From Bacteroidales bacterium (GTDB lineage: Bacteria > Bacteroidota > Bacteroidia > Bacteroidales > UBA3663), in the NCBI GenBank assembly GCA_045598885.1, contig JAZRVB010000071.1:39260-103259 (forward strand): a stretch of DNA of 64,000 nt. The letters are read 5' to 3'. The notes beneath the pieces were generated by a model, which saw nothing but the letters and a program-made list of their open reading frames with translations, was not told the origin of the DNA and made no database searches. The position numbers and the translations under genes are program-made. Position 1 is the stretch's first letter. Each line of letters begins with the position of its first letter. Of the stretch, positions 27,840 to 38,318 are shown piece by piece.

Positions 27840-30056
27840 ATGAAATTATTCACCACAGATCGCTTCACGACAGAGGAGCAACAGCAGTTCCTGACGGCTT
27901 ACAGAAAGCTGACAGAACTTGTCCCGACGCGTATAGCAACCCGTGAATGGAGACTAATACGCAAGTATATTTTAAGAGGTGTAGAGGCCGGCGTCTATGA
28001 TCGTGACGTGCACGGCATTCAGAAACTGGTGCACCTGATGCAGACCTGCCAGGTACTGCATGAGCAGGTAGGACTGGGTCGACGTTCGATCCTCACGGTT
28101 CTTCTCTACCCTTTGGCCGAACATGACGTCATCAGCCGTGAGGAGGTGACCAAGGACTTCGGAGAAGAGGTGGCCCATCTCATGTCATGTATGGGCAAAG
28201 TGAAGCACCTCTACGCTGAGCATGACAACCTTGAGGATGAGAACTTCCGCAAACTGATGCTCTCCTTTGCCCAGGACATCCGTATCATCATCTGTCTCAT
28301 CTGCGACTGCTACACACTTATGAAGTCGCTCAATCATACGGAAGACCTGGAATATCGCGCTAAGGTAACTAACGAAAGTCGCCTCATCTACACACCCCTC
28401 GCCCATCGTCTGGGACTCTACGTCATCAAGGGAGAGATGGAGGACATGGCCGTAAAGTATGAGCACCGCGAGGTATACGAAGACATAGTAAGCCAGCTAC
28501 AAGAGACTAAGACAGCTCGTGAGGAGTATATCCATGAGTTCATCTCTCCACTCGAATCCAAGCTGAAAGAGGTCCTTCCTGTGCCATTCCATATAAAAGG
28601 GCGAACCAAGAGTATCGCGTCAATCTGGAACAAGATCAAGAAGCAACAGAAGAGCGTTGATCAGATCTATGACCTCTTTGCCATCCGTATCATTATCGAC
28701 ACTGACAAGAAGGAGTTGGAGAAGGCTCTCTGCTGGCAGGCATACAGTATTGTAGCAGACATGTATCAGCCGAATCCAAAACGTCTGAAGGACTGGCTTA
28801 GCATCCCGAAAAGCAACGGCTATGAGTCGCTCCACATTACCGTCTATGGTCCGAAGGAGCGATGGGTCGAGGTACAGATCCGCACTAAGCGAATGGACGA
28901 GATTGCCGAGCGAGGCTTGGCTGCACATTGGAAATACAAAGGCATCAAGAGTCAGGGAGCAGCCGATGACGTGATGGCATCAATCCGTGAAGTGCTCGAG
29001 TCGGGTATTGCCACGGGCGACCTGATGAAGGACTTCTCGATGGGACTTTACAGCGAAGAGGTCTTCTGCTTTACGCCGAATGGTGACGTACACAAGTTTC
29101 CTAAGGGAGCTACGGTGCTTGACTTTGCCTTCCATATTCATTCTCGCATCGGCATGCAGTGTGTAGGTGCTCGTGTAGGAGGCAAGAATGTCAAACTCAA
29201 CTACCAGCTGCACAGCGGTGAGACAGTAGAGATTCTGACATCGAGCCAGCAGTCACCGAAACTCGACTGGCTCAACATCGTGACCACCAGCAAAGCGCGT
29301 TCGCGTATCAAGCAGACGATCAAAGAGATCGAGAGCCGAGAGGCGCAGGTGGGCAAGGAACTTCTGCAGCGCCGCTTCAAAAACCGTAAGATGGAAGTTG
29401 ATGAGTCGGAACTTTCTCGCCTTATCGCAAAGCTTGGCTACAAGACGCAGACGCAGTTCTATCAGGCGCTGTCGAAGGAAGATATCACCATCGATCATGT
29501 AATCCATGAGTACGAGGCTTTCCTCAACCGCGCGCCGATCATTCAGGAGTCGCAGGAGCCACATCCACATTCTGCTGCAGACTTTGATGTCAATAAGCAG
29601 ACGACCCAGGACGAACTCGTCATCGACCGCAACCTCAAAGGTATCGAGTATAAGCTGGCAGGTTGCTGTCACCCCATTTATGGCGATGATGTAGTAGGCT
29701 TTGTCAGCATCACACGTGGCATCACTATCCACCGTGCAGATTGTGTGAACATCAAGAATCTGGCCGAGCAATACCCCTATCGCATACAGCGAGCTCGCTG
29801 GAGTGGCAAGAGTGGCAATCAGTACAGTATCACGCTCCGTGTAGTCGGGCAGGATGACATCGGCATCGTATCGAACATCTCGCAGGTGATCAACAAGGAA
29901 CAGAACACGCTGCTAAGAAGTATCTCAATTGATACAGAAGGCGGCATCTTCCACGGACATTTGACAGTCATGGTCAATGATCTTTCTGCACTCAACATAT
30001 TGATCCGAAAGATCAAGGCGGTGAAGGGCGTCAAGAATGTGGAACGAATCAACTGA
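27840..30056 (+). CDS. relA: RelA/SpoT-family (p)ppGpp synthetase with degenerate hydrolase domain, TGS and ACT domains
   Basis: PLAHRLG, GRTKS, DLFAIR, RLKD, NGYESLH, EVQIRT, AAHWKYK, CCHP; LLYP occupies the position of LLHD. Confidence 0.93.
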   Translation: MKLFTTDRFTTEEQQQFLTAYRKLTELVPTRIATREWRLIRKYILRGVEAGVYDRDVHGIQKLVHLMQTCQVLHEQVGLGRRSILTVLLYPLAEHDVISREEVTKDFGEEVAHLMSCMGKVKHLYAEHDNLEDENFRKLMLSFAQDIRIIICLICDCYTLMKSLNHTEDLEYRAKVTNESRLIYTPLAHRLGLYVIKGEMEDMAVKYEHREVYEDIVSQLQETKTAREEYIHEFISPLESKLKEVLPVPFHIKGRTKSIASIWNKIKKQQKSVDQIYDLFAIRIIIDTDKKELEKALCWQAYSIVADMYQPNPKRLKDWLSIPKSNGYESLHITVYGPKERWVEVQIRTKRMDEIAERGLAAHWKYKGIKSQGAADDVMASIREVLESGIATGDLMKDFSMGLYSEEVFCFTPNGDVHKFPKGATVLDFAFHIHSRIGMQCVGARVGGKNVKLNYQLHSGETVEILTSSQQSPKLDWLNIVTTSKARSRIKQTIKEIESREAQVGKELLQRRFKNRKMEVDESELSRLIAKLGYKTQTQFYQALSKEDITIDHVIHEYEAFLNRAPIIQESQEPHPHSAADFDVNKQTTQDELVIDRNLKGIEYKLAGCCHPIYGDDVVGFVSITRGITIHRADCVNIKNLAEQYPYRIQRARWSGKSGNQYSITLRVVGQDDIGIVSNISQVINKEQNTLLRSISIDTEGGIFHGHLTVMVNDLSALNILIRKIKAVKGVKNVERIN

Positions 30057-30103
30057 TACTCGACAAGTATTATCTCGCAGTAAAACAAAAAAAAGGAATC
30101 ATC

Positions 30104-30901
30104 ATGAATTGTCATGAATCATTCAGAAATAAACATTTATTGTCACTTCTACTGCTTCTGCCTCTCTTAGCCAGCTGTAGCAACTCTGGCGACAAAGGTC
30201 CTACAGCAGCTGAGAGACGTGAGGCAATGAATCAAAAATACGTCGATCAGCTGGCAACAGAGCAGAAAACATTGCATGTCACTGATTCGCTGATACAGGC
30301 TATTATTCCTCGCATCAATGAGGTCACTGCGGTGTCATTCGACTTTGAAAAGTCAGAATATGATGACTTAGGGCGCTTTGTTCCAAAGGGAATGAGCACC
30401 GATGACAACGTGCAGCGCACCTACATTCATTGTGCGGTCGATGAATATGGTCAGACACAGCTTATCAGCACCTACTGCGGATCGAAGCTTGAACATACTC
30501 AGCTCCGTATCACGGCAGGCGATGGCACTACGGTCACGACAGAGGCAATCCCTTATAATGATGGATCCAACTATCGCTACACCATTGATGGGACAAACTA
30601 TGAGAGCGTGACATACATCGCAGGTCGAAAGACAGGAAGCGATCAGGTCAATGCAGATACTGATGGCGGCGCATTCAGCTTCATCGCAGACCATGCAGAT
30701 GATGCAAAGTTATATGGCACACTGCTTGGAGGCAAGAAAGAAGTTCGCGTCAGCATTTCATCCAAAGAGCGCCAAGGCCTCGCCGCCTGCTATGAGCTCG
30801 GCGTACTTCTTCGAGACAAACTTCGTCTTGAACAGGAGAACAAGACTGCCGCAGGCAAAATACAGTACTTGCAGGAAGTGATTGCGAAGAAAGGATTATG
30901 A
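30104..30901 (+). CDS. Hypothetical lipoprotein
   Basis: Lipobox LASC; coiled-coil-like N- and C-terminal segments. Confidence 0.75.
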   Translation: MNCHESFRNKHLLSLLLLLPLLASCSNSGDKGPTAAERREAMNQKYVDQLATEQKTLHVTDSLIQAIIPRINEVTAVSFDFEKSEYDDLGRFVPKGMSTDDNVQRTYIHCAVDEYGQTQLISTYCGSKLEHTQLRITAGDGTTVTTEAIPYNDGSNYRYTIDGTNYESVTYIAGRKTGSDQVNADTDGGAFSFIADHADDAKLYGTLLGGKKEVRVSISSKERQGLAACYELGVLLRDKLRLEQENKTAAGKIQYLQEVIAKKGL

Positions 30902-30991
30902 TCCGATTACACGCTGAGTCATCGAAGCATTTGTATCGAAATAACTAACAATTTTGCATTTTACATTTCCAATTTTACATTTTCGAAAGAT

Positions 30992-32308
30992 ATGAACCTT
31001 ATAGATTTCTTAACTGCCAGCCCAGTGAATTATCTGGCTGTTGCAACCCTTGAAGAACAGTTACAGGCCGCAGGTTTCAAGAAGTTGGATCCTACTCAGC
31101 CCATGCCAGTGATCCGACCTGGCGATCAGGTATACGTCACAAAGAATGACTCAGCCCTCTTCGCTTTCCGTATCGGCACCAAGCCAATGGCTGAGACAGG
31201 CATCCGCATCGTTACTGCACATAGCGACAGTCCTACCTTCCGCATCAAGCCAAATGCTGAGATGAAGTGCGAGAAAGGCTTTGTCAAGCTCAATACAGAG
31301 ACCTATGGCGGTGCTATCCTGAGCACCTGGTTCGACCGACCATTGTCACTCGCAGGACGCGTCATCCTTCGCTCTAGCAATCCGCTGAAGCCACAGACAC
31401 GCCTCCTTTATATGAAGGAGCCATTGGTCATCATCCCTAACCTCGCCATCCATTTCAACCGTCAGGTCAACGATGGCGTGAAGCTCAGCAAGCAGAAGGA
31501 CATGCTGCCAGTACTTGGCATCATCGATCAGCAGCTGTCTGCCAACGGACTTCTTCTCAATAAGATCGCTGCAGAACTGAATGTCAAGGCTGAGGATATT
31601 CTCGACTTTGACCTCTATCTTTATGACTGCACACCTGGCTGTACCGTCGGTCTCAATCAGGAGTTTATCAGCGCAGGTCGTCTCGATGACCTCAGCATGT
31701 GCCACGCAGGCCTCGAAGCAATTCTGGCCAGCAACAAGCAGAGCGAGGCCACTCAGGTGCTTGGCATCTTCGACAACGAGGAGACCGGAAGTGGCACCAA
31801 GCAGGGTGCACACAGCCCATTCCTCAGCATGATTCTGGAGCGCCTCGTACTGGCAGAGGGCTTGAGCGACGCCTTCCCTACTGTCAGTGCAGAGACTGCT
31901 CGTGACGACTTCCATCGCATGATCGAACAGTCGTTCATGGTCAGTGCCGACAACGCTCACGCCTGGCATCCTAACTACGGTGAGAAGATGGATCTAACAA
32001 ACCATCCTGTCCTCGGCGGAGGTCCAGTCATCAAGATCAATGCTGCTCAGAAGTATGCCACAGATGCCGATGGTGCAGCTGTCTTTGCAGAGATCTGTCG
32101 CAAGGCTGGTGTTCCATTCCAGCTCTTTGTCAACAACTCAGACATCGCAGGTGGCAGCACTCTGGGCAATATCCTTACCGGCACCCTTCCTTTCCGTGGC
32201 GTAGACATGGGCAATGCTCTCTGGGGTATGCACAGCGCCCGTGAGACAGCCAGCGTCATCGATCAGGAATACACGATCAAGGCGTTTACCGAGTTCTATA
32301 ATTCGTAA
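30992..32308 (+). CDS. M18 family (aspartyl) aminopeptidase
   Basis: AHSDSP, YGG...WFDRPLSLAG, RLDDL, FDNEETGS, SADNAH, GGSTLG, MHSARE. Confidence 0.95.
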   Translation: MNLIDFLTASPVNYLAVATLEEQLQAAGFKKLDPTQPMPVIRPGDQVYVTKNDSALFAFRIGTKPMAETGIRIVTAHSDSPTFRIKPNAEMKCEKGFVKLNTETYGGAILSTWFDRPLSLAGRVILRSSNPLKPQTRLLYMKEPLVIIPNLAIHFNRQVNDGVKLSKQKDMLPVLGIIDQQLSANGLLLNKIAAELNVKAEDILDFDLYLYDCTPGCTVGLNQEFISAGRLDDLSMCHAGLEAILASNKQSEATQVLGIFDNEETGSGTKQGAHSPFLSMILERLVLAEGLSDAFPTVSAETARDDFHRMIEQSFMVSADNAHAWHPNYGEKMDLTNHPVLGGGPVIKINAAQKYATDADGAAVFAEICRKAGVPFQLFVNNSDIAGGSTLGNILTGTLPFRGVDMGNALWGMHSARETASVIDQEYTIKAFTEFYNS

Positions 32309-32319
32309 TAACAATCAAT

Positions 32320-33183
32320 TTGAAAAATACTAAACGATATACCGAGCGTGCCAGACGATCTGAAGACGTCGGACCTATGTCATTCGATGATAAGGTCCGT
32401 GCTAAGAAGAATCTCGGTCAGCACTTCCTGACCGATCTTAGCATTGCCGAGAGGATCGCTGACACGCTACAGGATCACAAAGAATTGCCAGTGCTCGAAG
32501 TGGGCCCTGGCATGGGGGTGCTTACACAGTTCCTCTTGCAGAAAGAGTATAATCTTAAAGTGGTGGAGCTCGACGGTGAGTCGGTCTCTTATCTGCGTGT
32601 GCACTACCCTGCTTCGCTTGACAAACGTATCATCGAAGCAGACTTCCTTAAGTTGCCGCTCGATAGCGAAGAGGTTTTCGGAGGCAAGCCGTTCGCTCTC
32701 ATCGGTAATTATCCTTATAATATCTCCTCGCAGATCTTCTTCCGCGTGGTAGATTATCGCGACATCATCCCTGTATGCAGCGGCATGATCCAGAAGGAAG
32801 TAGCTGAGCGTCTGGCAGCCAAGCCAGGTAGTAAGACCTACGGCATCCTCTCAGTACTCATTCAGGTATGGTACGACATTGAGTATTGCTTCACGGTATC
32901 GCCAGGTGTCTTCAATCCACCACCTAAGGTGCAGTCGGCCGTCATCAAGATGACTCGCAACAATGTCACCTCCCTGCCCTGCGACGAGAAGGATTTCCGT
33001 ACACTCGTCAAGAACGCCTTCGGCACACGTCGCAAGACCCTCCGTAACTGTCTGCGCCAACTCATCAGCGAATGGCGCCCGGACGATGCTGCAGAGATCC
33101 TCGCAGAGCCGATATTTGACAAGAGAGCGGAGCAGCTCAGTGTACAGGAATTCATTGACTTGACAGTCAAATTAAAGAATTAA
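32320..33183 (+). CDS. rsmA: 16S rRNA adenine dimethyltransferase (KsgA)
   Basis: KKNLGQHFL, LEVGPGMG, GNYPYNISS, QKEVAERL, FNPPPKVQS; the start may instead be ATG 32377. Confidence 0.97.
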   Translation: MKNTKRYTERARRSEDVGPMSFDDKVRAKKNLGQHFLTDLSIAERIADTLQDHKELPVLEVGPGMGVLTQFLLQKEYNLKVVELDGESVSYLRVHYPASLDKRIIEADFLKLPLDSEEVFGGKPFALIGNYPYNISSQIFFRVVDYRDIIPVCSGMIQKEVAERLAAKPGSKTYGILSVLIQVWYDIEYCFTVSPGVFNPPPKVQSAVIKMTRNNVTSLPCDEKDFRTLVKNAFGTRRKTLRNCLRQLISEWRPDDAAEILAEPIFDKRAEQLSVQEFIDLTVKLKN

Positions 33184-33306
33184 AAAATTATATAATTATA
33201 GAATTATTTATCGCGCCAAAATTCATAGAATATCTTTGCTTAGGCATCCCTCTATTTTTAGTAGCAAGAATTTTATCATTTTATAATTCTATAATTTTAT
33301 AATTTC
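33170..33306. repeat. Inverted arrays of an 8-mer (aattatag / ctataatt) overlapping the rsmA stop and enclosing a -7 box
   Basis: Four units at 33170-33201, four reverse-complement units at 33273-33304; TATCTTTG at 33231-33238 lies in the spacer. Confidence 0.75.
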
Positions 33307-33313
33307 ATCAAAT

Positions 33314-35377
33314 ATGATCGATCAACAAACCATCGATAAAATTACAGATACAGCGCAGATCGTTGACGTTGTATCTGAGTTCGTGACGCTCAGGCGCCGC
33401 GGCGTCAATTATGTCGGTTTGTGTCCGTTCCACGCTGATAAGAGTCCAAGTTTCTACGTCAATCCGACCAAGAACCTCTGCAAATGCTTCGCTTGTGGAG
33501 AGGGTGGCAATCCTGTGACCTTCCTCATGAAGAAGGAGAGCATGACCTTCCACGAGGCCATCAAATGGCTCGGCAACAAGTACGGCATCGAGGTCGAAGA
33601 GAAGAAGATGAATGAGGAAGATCGTCAGCGTCAGACCGATCGCGAGGGAATGTTCAATGTCAATGAGTTCGCGCAGAAATGCTTCGAAGAGGACTTGTTC
33701 AATACTCCTGAGGGTCGCAACATCGGCCTTACTTACTTCCGTGAGCGTGGCATCCAGGATGAGACGATCCATCGCTTCCACCTTGGCTATGCGCTAGAGA
33801 AAAAGACCGATCTGGCCGAACGCGCTTTGCAGAAAGGTCACAATCGCAAATACCTGCTCGATGGCACAGGAGTAGGCCTCTGCTTTGGCGATGATCCGAA
33901 GAAGACTCCTGTCTGCCGCTTTGCCGGTCGCGTCATCTTCCCCCATCACTCGCTCTCTGGTAAATGCATCGCGTTCGGTGGACGAATCCTCCAGCGCGTC
34001 GATCACGCATTTAAGAAATATGTCAACTCTCCAGAGTCAGCCATCTATCACAAGAGCGACTTCCCCTACGGCCTTTATGAAGCCAAGCAGGCGATCGTCA
34101 AGGAGAACAACTGCTACGTGGTGGAAGGCAACATCGACGTACTGAGCATGTCTCAGGCAGGTTTCCAGAATGTCATCGCCGCCTCAGGCACCGCCTTGAC
34201 CACCGAGCATATCCGCGTCATCAAGCGTTTCACTAAGAACTGCACGCTGATGTTCGATAGCGACAACGCTGGCATCACTGCCGCATTCAAGAGCATCGAT
34301 CTCCTTTTGGCCGAAGGTATGAACGTCAAGCTCCTCCTTCTTCCTGCCGGCGAAGACCCTGATTCCTTCTGCAAGAAGCAGAGCAGCGAGCAGGTGAAGC
34401 AGTATTTCGATCAGAACCAACAGGACTTTGTATCGTTCAAGACACGTCTCATGATGCAGTCGATCAATGCCAACGATCCGATTGCCAAAGCCCGTGTCGT
34501 GCAGGACGTGGCCAATAGCATCGCGCTGATCTCCGATCCGATCATCAGCAGCATCCTGGTGCGACAGACGAGCCAGATGACCAATGTCTCAGAGCATCAG
34601 GTCATGGAGGCAATGAATCAGGCGAAGCGATCGAACTACTTGGCAGAAGTGCACCGTCAGGAGATTGAGCGCCGTCGTGAAGAAGCACGTCGTGAGCGTG
34701 AAGAGCTCAACATCAAAGAGGAAGTTCTCGCAGCAGTACAAAAAGACAATGAGTTGCAGAATGCTGATCCTACCACTCCACAGCAACCATCACTAGAGTT
34801 CAACGCACCTCAGCAGCCTCAGCGTATCCCGCTCCTCTCCGACCGCTACGAACGTAATATAATAAGGTATATAGTGCGATATGGAGGACAGTTCTTCCCA
34901 TTCACCTATATCAATCCAGAGACTCGTGAGCCAGTGACTCAGAACTTCCGCGTCATTGACTTCATCTACAATGAGCTCAATGCAGATGGCGTCGTATTCC
35001 AGCATCCTCTATATGCTCGCATGTATCAGCAGGCGCTCGACGCGTCAGAAGATACCAGCATAGAGTGGAACAGTACGCGCTTCTTCTCCAACCTGCACAC
35101 CGACCCTGAGGCCCAGTCCACCGCGCTCGATCTCTCACAGGATCGCTATGATGCTATGGGTGTGGCACAGAATGATGAGCAGCTCGACGTACTCATCCCT
35201 CGTTGTGTGCTCGAACTGAAGAACTGCATCCTCTCGATGGATATCGAGTCGCTTACGGAGCAGCTCAAGAACCCTGCGAGCGACATGATGCAGATCATGC
35301 AGCAACTCAAAGAAAAGAAAGAAATCCAGAAGATTTTCGACAAAGAACTTGGCGAAAGAGTAATTATTAAGAAATGA
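33314..35377 (+). CDS. dnaG: DNA primase
   Basis: Zinc finger CPFH...CFAC, FGGR, KYVNSPES, VEGNIDV, TOPRIM FDSDNAG, DPD. Confidence 0.98.
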   Translation: MIDQQTIDKITDTAQIVDVVSEFVTLRRRGVNYVGLCPFHADKSPSFYVNPTKNLCKCFACGEGGNPVTFLMKKESMTFHEAIKWLGNKYGIEVEEKKMNEEDRQRQTDREGMFNVNEFAQKCFEEDLFNTPEGRNIGLTYFRERGIQDETIHRFHLGYALEKKTDLAERALQKGHNRKYLLDGTGVGLCFGDDPKKTPVCRFAGRVIFPHHSLSGKCIAFGGRILQRVDHAFKKYVNSPESAIYHKSDFPYGLYEAKQAIVKENNCYVVEGNIDVLSMSQAGFQNVIAASGTALTTEHIRVIKRFTKNCTLMFDSDNAGITAAFKSIDLLLAEGMNVKLLLLPAGEDPDSFCKKQSSEQVKQYFDQNQQDFVSFKTRLMMQSINANDPIAKARVVQDVANSIALISDPIISSILVRQTSQMTNVSEHQVMEAMNQAKRSNYLAEVHRQEIERRREEARREREELNIKEEVLAAVQKDNELQNADPTTPQQPSLEFNAPQQPQRIPLLSDRYERNIIRYIVRYGGQFFPFTYINPETREPVTQNFRVIDFIYNELNADGVVFQHPLYARMYQQALDASEDTSIEWNSTRFFSNLHTDPEAQSTALDLSQDRYDAMGVAQNDEQLDVLIPRCVLELKNCILSMDIESLTEQLKNPASDMMQIMQQLKEKKEIQKIFDKELGERVIIKK

Positions 35378-36909
35378 AACTATATAAGTCCCTACTGTTT
35401 ATTTTTGGTATCCTGTTTCTGTTAGCAGGCCTCTGCCTGTTTTTCCCTAAAGATGGCATCCAGATAGGTTCCACCACCCTCCGCTTCCCTTCATTGCATG
35501 AGGTTCTGAGCCTGGGCGGTCCTGCGGAAGAAGAAGTACACGAACTGACTCCTGAAGAGCTCATGGCCCAGCAGATGGCAGCGCTTATGGAGCTGCAGGA
35601 CTCAACGTTTGTCGATTTCTGCCACAATAGCCCAATCCGCATCTGCATGCCAAAGATCCATATTCAGGTCGTCGACAGTGTTGCTACCGACAGCCTTCGC
35701 CGCCTGGCGCTTGAATATGATCCAGCTACACCAGACAGCCTCCTTGCGGAGATAGTCAGCTACCGTGACTCAATCACCGAGGAGAACGATCTCACCTACT
35801 TCGACCCACTTTTCCTGGCGCTCGACAGTGCAAAGACCAAGCATGTGCGAATCCTTCATTATGGCGATTCTCAGATTGAGCTTGACCGCATCACCTCATC
35901 CCTCCGTGAGCATTTCCAGACAGAGTTCGGTGGTGGTGGCGTAGGCATGCTCCCCGCCGTGCAGCCGGTTCCTAAGATGACCGTCCGTCAGTCCTGCTCT
36001 CCATCGCTCGGCTATAATCTGATCTATGGTCCTGCCGACTTCCGCGCGTCGCACAACGGCTATGGACCTCTGGCTCAGGTGACTCATCTCAATGGTACCG
36101 TCACGCTCAGTTACACAGGCTTGACCAGCGATCGCTTCCCTCACGTGGCTTCATTCAACCGCGTCACAGTGCTTCGTAGTGAAGGCAATAGCCATGAACT
36201 CATCTGCGAAGTGACTGACTATGACAGTCTTCGTCAATCCGTTAAGATCGAGATCCAGGGCCCTACCAATATCTATGGTGTCATGCTCGACACTCGTACA
36301 GGTGTCAATATGGACAATGTGCCGATGCGAGGCGCTTCTGGTAATTTCTTCAGCAAGATCACCCGCTCGACGATGGAACCATTCTTCCAGCACGAGAATG
36401 TACAATGTATCATCCTGCAATATGGCGGCAACTCAGTACCTTATCTTAAGACTGAGGATAGCATGATCAATTTCTGCCTCAACATGCAGAAGCAGATCGC
36501 TTACTTCAAGGAACTCGCTCCAGATGCCCGCATCCTCTTCATCGGCCCATCAGACATGGCTACGACGATCAATGGTGTCCGCGCTACCTACCCACAGATT
36601 CCTCGCTTCGTCCAGCTCCTTGAGAAGTACATCACCGAAGCCGGCGCTGCTTTCTGGAATATGTTCGAGGCCATGGGTGGCGAAGGCTCTATGGTGCAAT
36701 GGGTCAACTCACGTCCTCAGCTGGCAGGCGAAGACTACATCCACTTCACTCCTAAGGGTGCCGAGAAGGTCAGCGACCTGCTCTACGAGACACTTGACAC
36801 CTATTATAAATATTATAAGTTCCGCATCGGAGAGTATGAGATCGAGCTGCCTCAGGATTCACTTGCAGCAGATAGCATCCTCGTAGATTCGATTCCTACA
36901 GCAGAATAA
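35374..36909 (+). CDS. SGNH/GDSL hydrolase-fold protein (PatB/AlgJ-like O-acetyltransferase candidate)
   Basis: HYGDSQIE, RGASG, QYGGN, DYIH; N-terminal TM helix; in an operon with an MBOAT gene. Confidence 0.8.
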   Translation: MKLYKSLLFIFGILFLLAGLCLFFPKDGIQIGSTTLRFPSLHEVLSLGGPAEEEVHELTPEELMAQQMAALMELQDSTFVDFCHNSPIRICMPKIHIQVVDSVATDSLRRLALEYDPATPDSLLAEIVSYRDSITEENDLTYFDPLFLALDSAKTKHVRILHYGDSQIELDRITSSLREHFQTEFGGGGVGMLPAVQPVPKMTVRQSCSPSLGYNLIYGPADFRASHNGYGPLAQVTHLNGTVTLSYTGLTSDRFPHVASFNRVTVLRSEGNSHELICEVTDYDSLRQSVKIEIQGPTNIYGVMLDTRTGVNMDNVPMRGASGNFFSKITRSTMEPFFQHENVQCIILQYGGNSVPYLKTEDSMINFCLNMQKQIAYFKELAPDARILFIGPSDMATTINGVRATYPQIPRFVQLLEKYITEAGAAFWNMFEAMGGEGSMVQWVNSRPQLAGEDYIHFTPKGAEKVSDLLYETLDTYYKYYKFRIGEYEIELPQDSLAADSILVDSIPTAE

Positions 36910-36915
36910 ATATAT

Positions 36916-37004
36916 CTCCACCACAGAAATCAAAAGAAATCATTTATTTTCTCAAATAGCTTTGATAAACAAGAATTGATTTTCTTTGATTTCCTTTGTT
37001 GGAG
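36916..37004. repeat. Imperfect inverted repeat with 9-mer (gaaatcaaa) arms
   Basis: ctccaccacagaaatcaaaagaaatca versus tgattttctttgatttcctttgttggag. Confidence 0.7.
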
Positions 37005-37019
37005 AATAAATAAACAATC

Positions 37020-38318
37020 ATGGCAATACTGCTTATATTCCTTCTGGCGACCCTGGCGCTACCAGCCACGGCTCAGACAGACAGCATCCCTGCGCCACGC
37101 GTCTGGCCTATCGACTCCACCCGCCTCGAACTGATCTTCCCTGGCAGGAAAGACGCGCTCAAACCCTTCCATGACAAGTGGTACGACCTGCGTGTCCACG
37201 CTTCAGTGTCGAGCAACGTCAACGTGCTCCACATCGGCGGCAGCCATGTTCAGGCGGGTGTACTGAGCAACACCATCCGCATGCACTTCGCACCTCTGGC
37301 AGAGCGCGGGTTCCTCTTCCCTTTCCGTGCCATCAAGACGAATAGTCCTCAAGGATACCGATTCGAATATACTGGCCTCTGGAAGGGTTCGCGCAACGTC
37401 AACAAAGAACCAGATGCAGAGCTCGGCCTGAGCGGAGCTGCTGCAATTACCTCCGATCGAGACGCCTCACTCACGCTCAATTTGGGCAACGAAGGCCTAT
37501 GGAACTACAATCAGCTCACCCTGCAAGGCTGTGCCAGCGACAGTACGGTCATCCCGTACCTCATTACCAGCCAGCAGGACACTGTCTTTTCAGATCCAGT
37601 ACTCTCGCATCTCGGAGTTCGCGATTCCTGGACCTTCCACCTGCCACAACCAGACAGTCTGGTCACGCTTCGCTTCATCGGATTGACACGTAAGGTAAGT
37701 CCGAAACAGAACCGCAAGACCTATCTGCCTCTGCAAGACCGTCATCACTTCACCGTGCATGGCATGCTACCAAGTTCTGAGCGCCATGGTGTGACCTACA
37801 CGGAGAGCGGCATTAACGGTGCCTCAGTCCCTTCGTGGCTCCGCACAGGACCTCGTTTCGAGGAGGAGCTCTCGCTTTTGGCACCTGACCTCGTGATCTT
37901 TGGCATCGGCATCAACGATGCCAACGTACCATTGCTCGAATTTGATCCTGAAGTGTTTAAGTCTCAGTATCGCCTGCTCATCGACCGTATCCGCAGCGTC
38001 AATCCGGAGGCATGTCTGCTCTTCATCACCAACAATGACTGCGCCTTCACCGTTGGCAAAGGCCGACGAGCCAAGAAGATTGCCAACCCGAACACAGAGC
38101 GTGTCCGTCAAGCAATGATCGAACTCGCCACCGAACTCAACGGTGCCGTCTTTGATGTCTATGGCCTCATGGGTGGCATCAAGAGCTCAGAGAAGTGGGT
38201 CGAGGAAGGTCTGATGAAGAAAGATCGCATCCACTTCACTAACGAGGGATACCGCCTCATCGGCGATCTGCTCTACAACGCCATTGAACGAAACTATCAA
38301 AACTACTACTATAAGTGA
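37020..38318 (+). CDS. SGNH/GDSL esterase (Ape1-like candidate)
   Basis: Signal peptide; HIGGSH, GINGA, GIND, DRIH...GY. Confidence 0.8.
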   Translation: MAILLIFLLATLALPATAQTDSIPAPRVWPIDSTRLELIFPGRKDALKPFHDKWYDLRVHASVSSNVNVLHIGGSHVQAGVLSNTIRMHFAPLAERGFLFPFRAIKTNSPQGYRFEYTGLWKGSRNVNKEPDAELGLSGAAAITSDRDASLTLNLGNEGLWNYNQLTLQGCASDSTVIPYLITSQQDTVFSDPVLSHLGVRDSWTFHLPQPDSLVTLRFIGLTRKVSPKQNRKTYLPLQDRHHFTVHGMLPSSERHGVTYTESGINGASVPSWLRTGPRFEEELSLLAPDLVIFGIGINDANVPLLEFDPEVFKSQYRLLIDRIRSVNPEACLLFITNNDCAFTVGKGRRAKKIANPNTERVRQAMIELATELNGAVFDVYGLMGGIKSSEKWVEEGLMKKDRIHFTNEGYRLIGDLLYNAIERNYQNYYYK

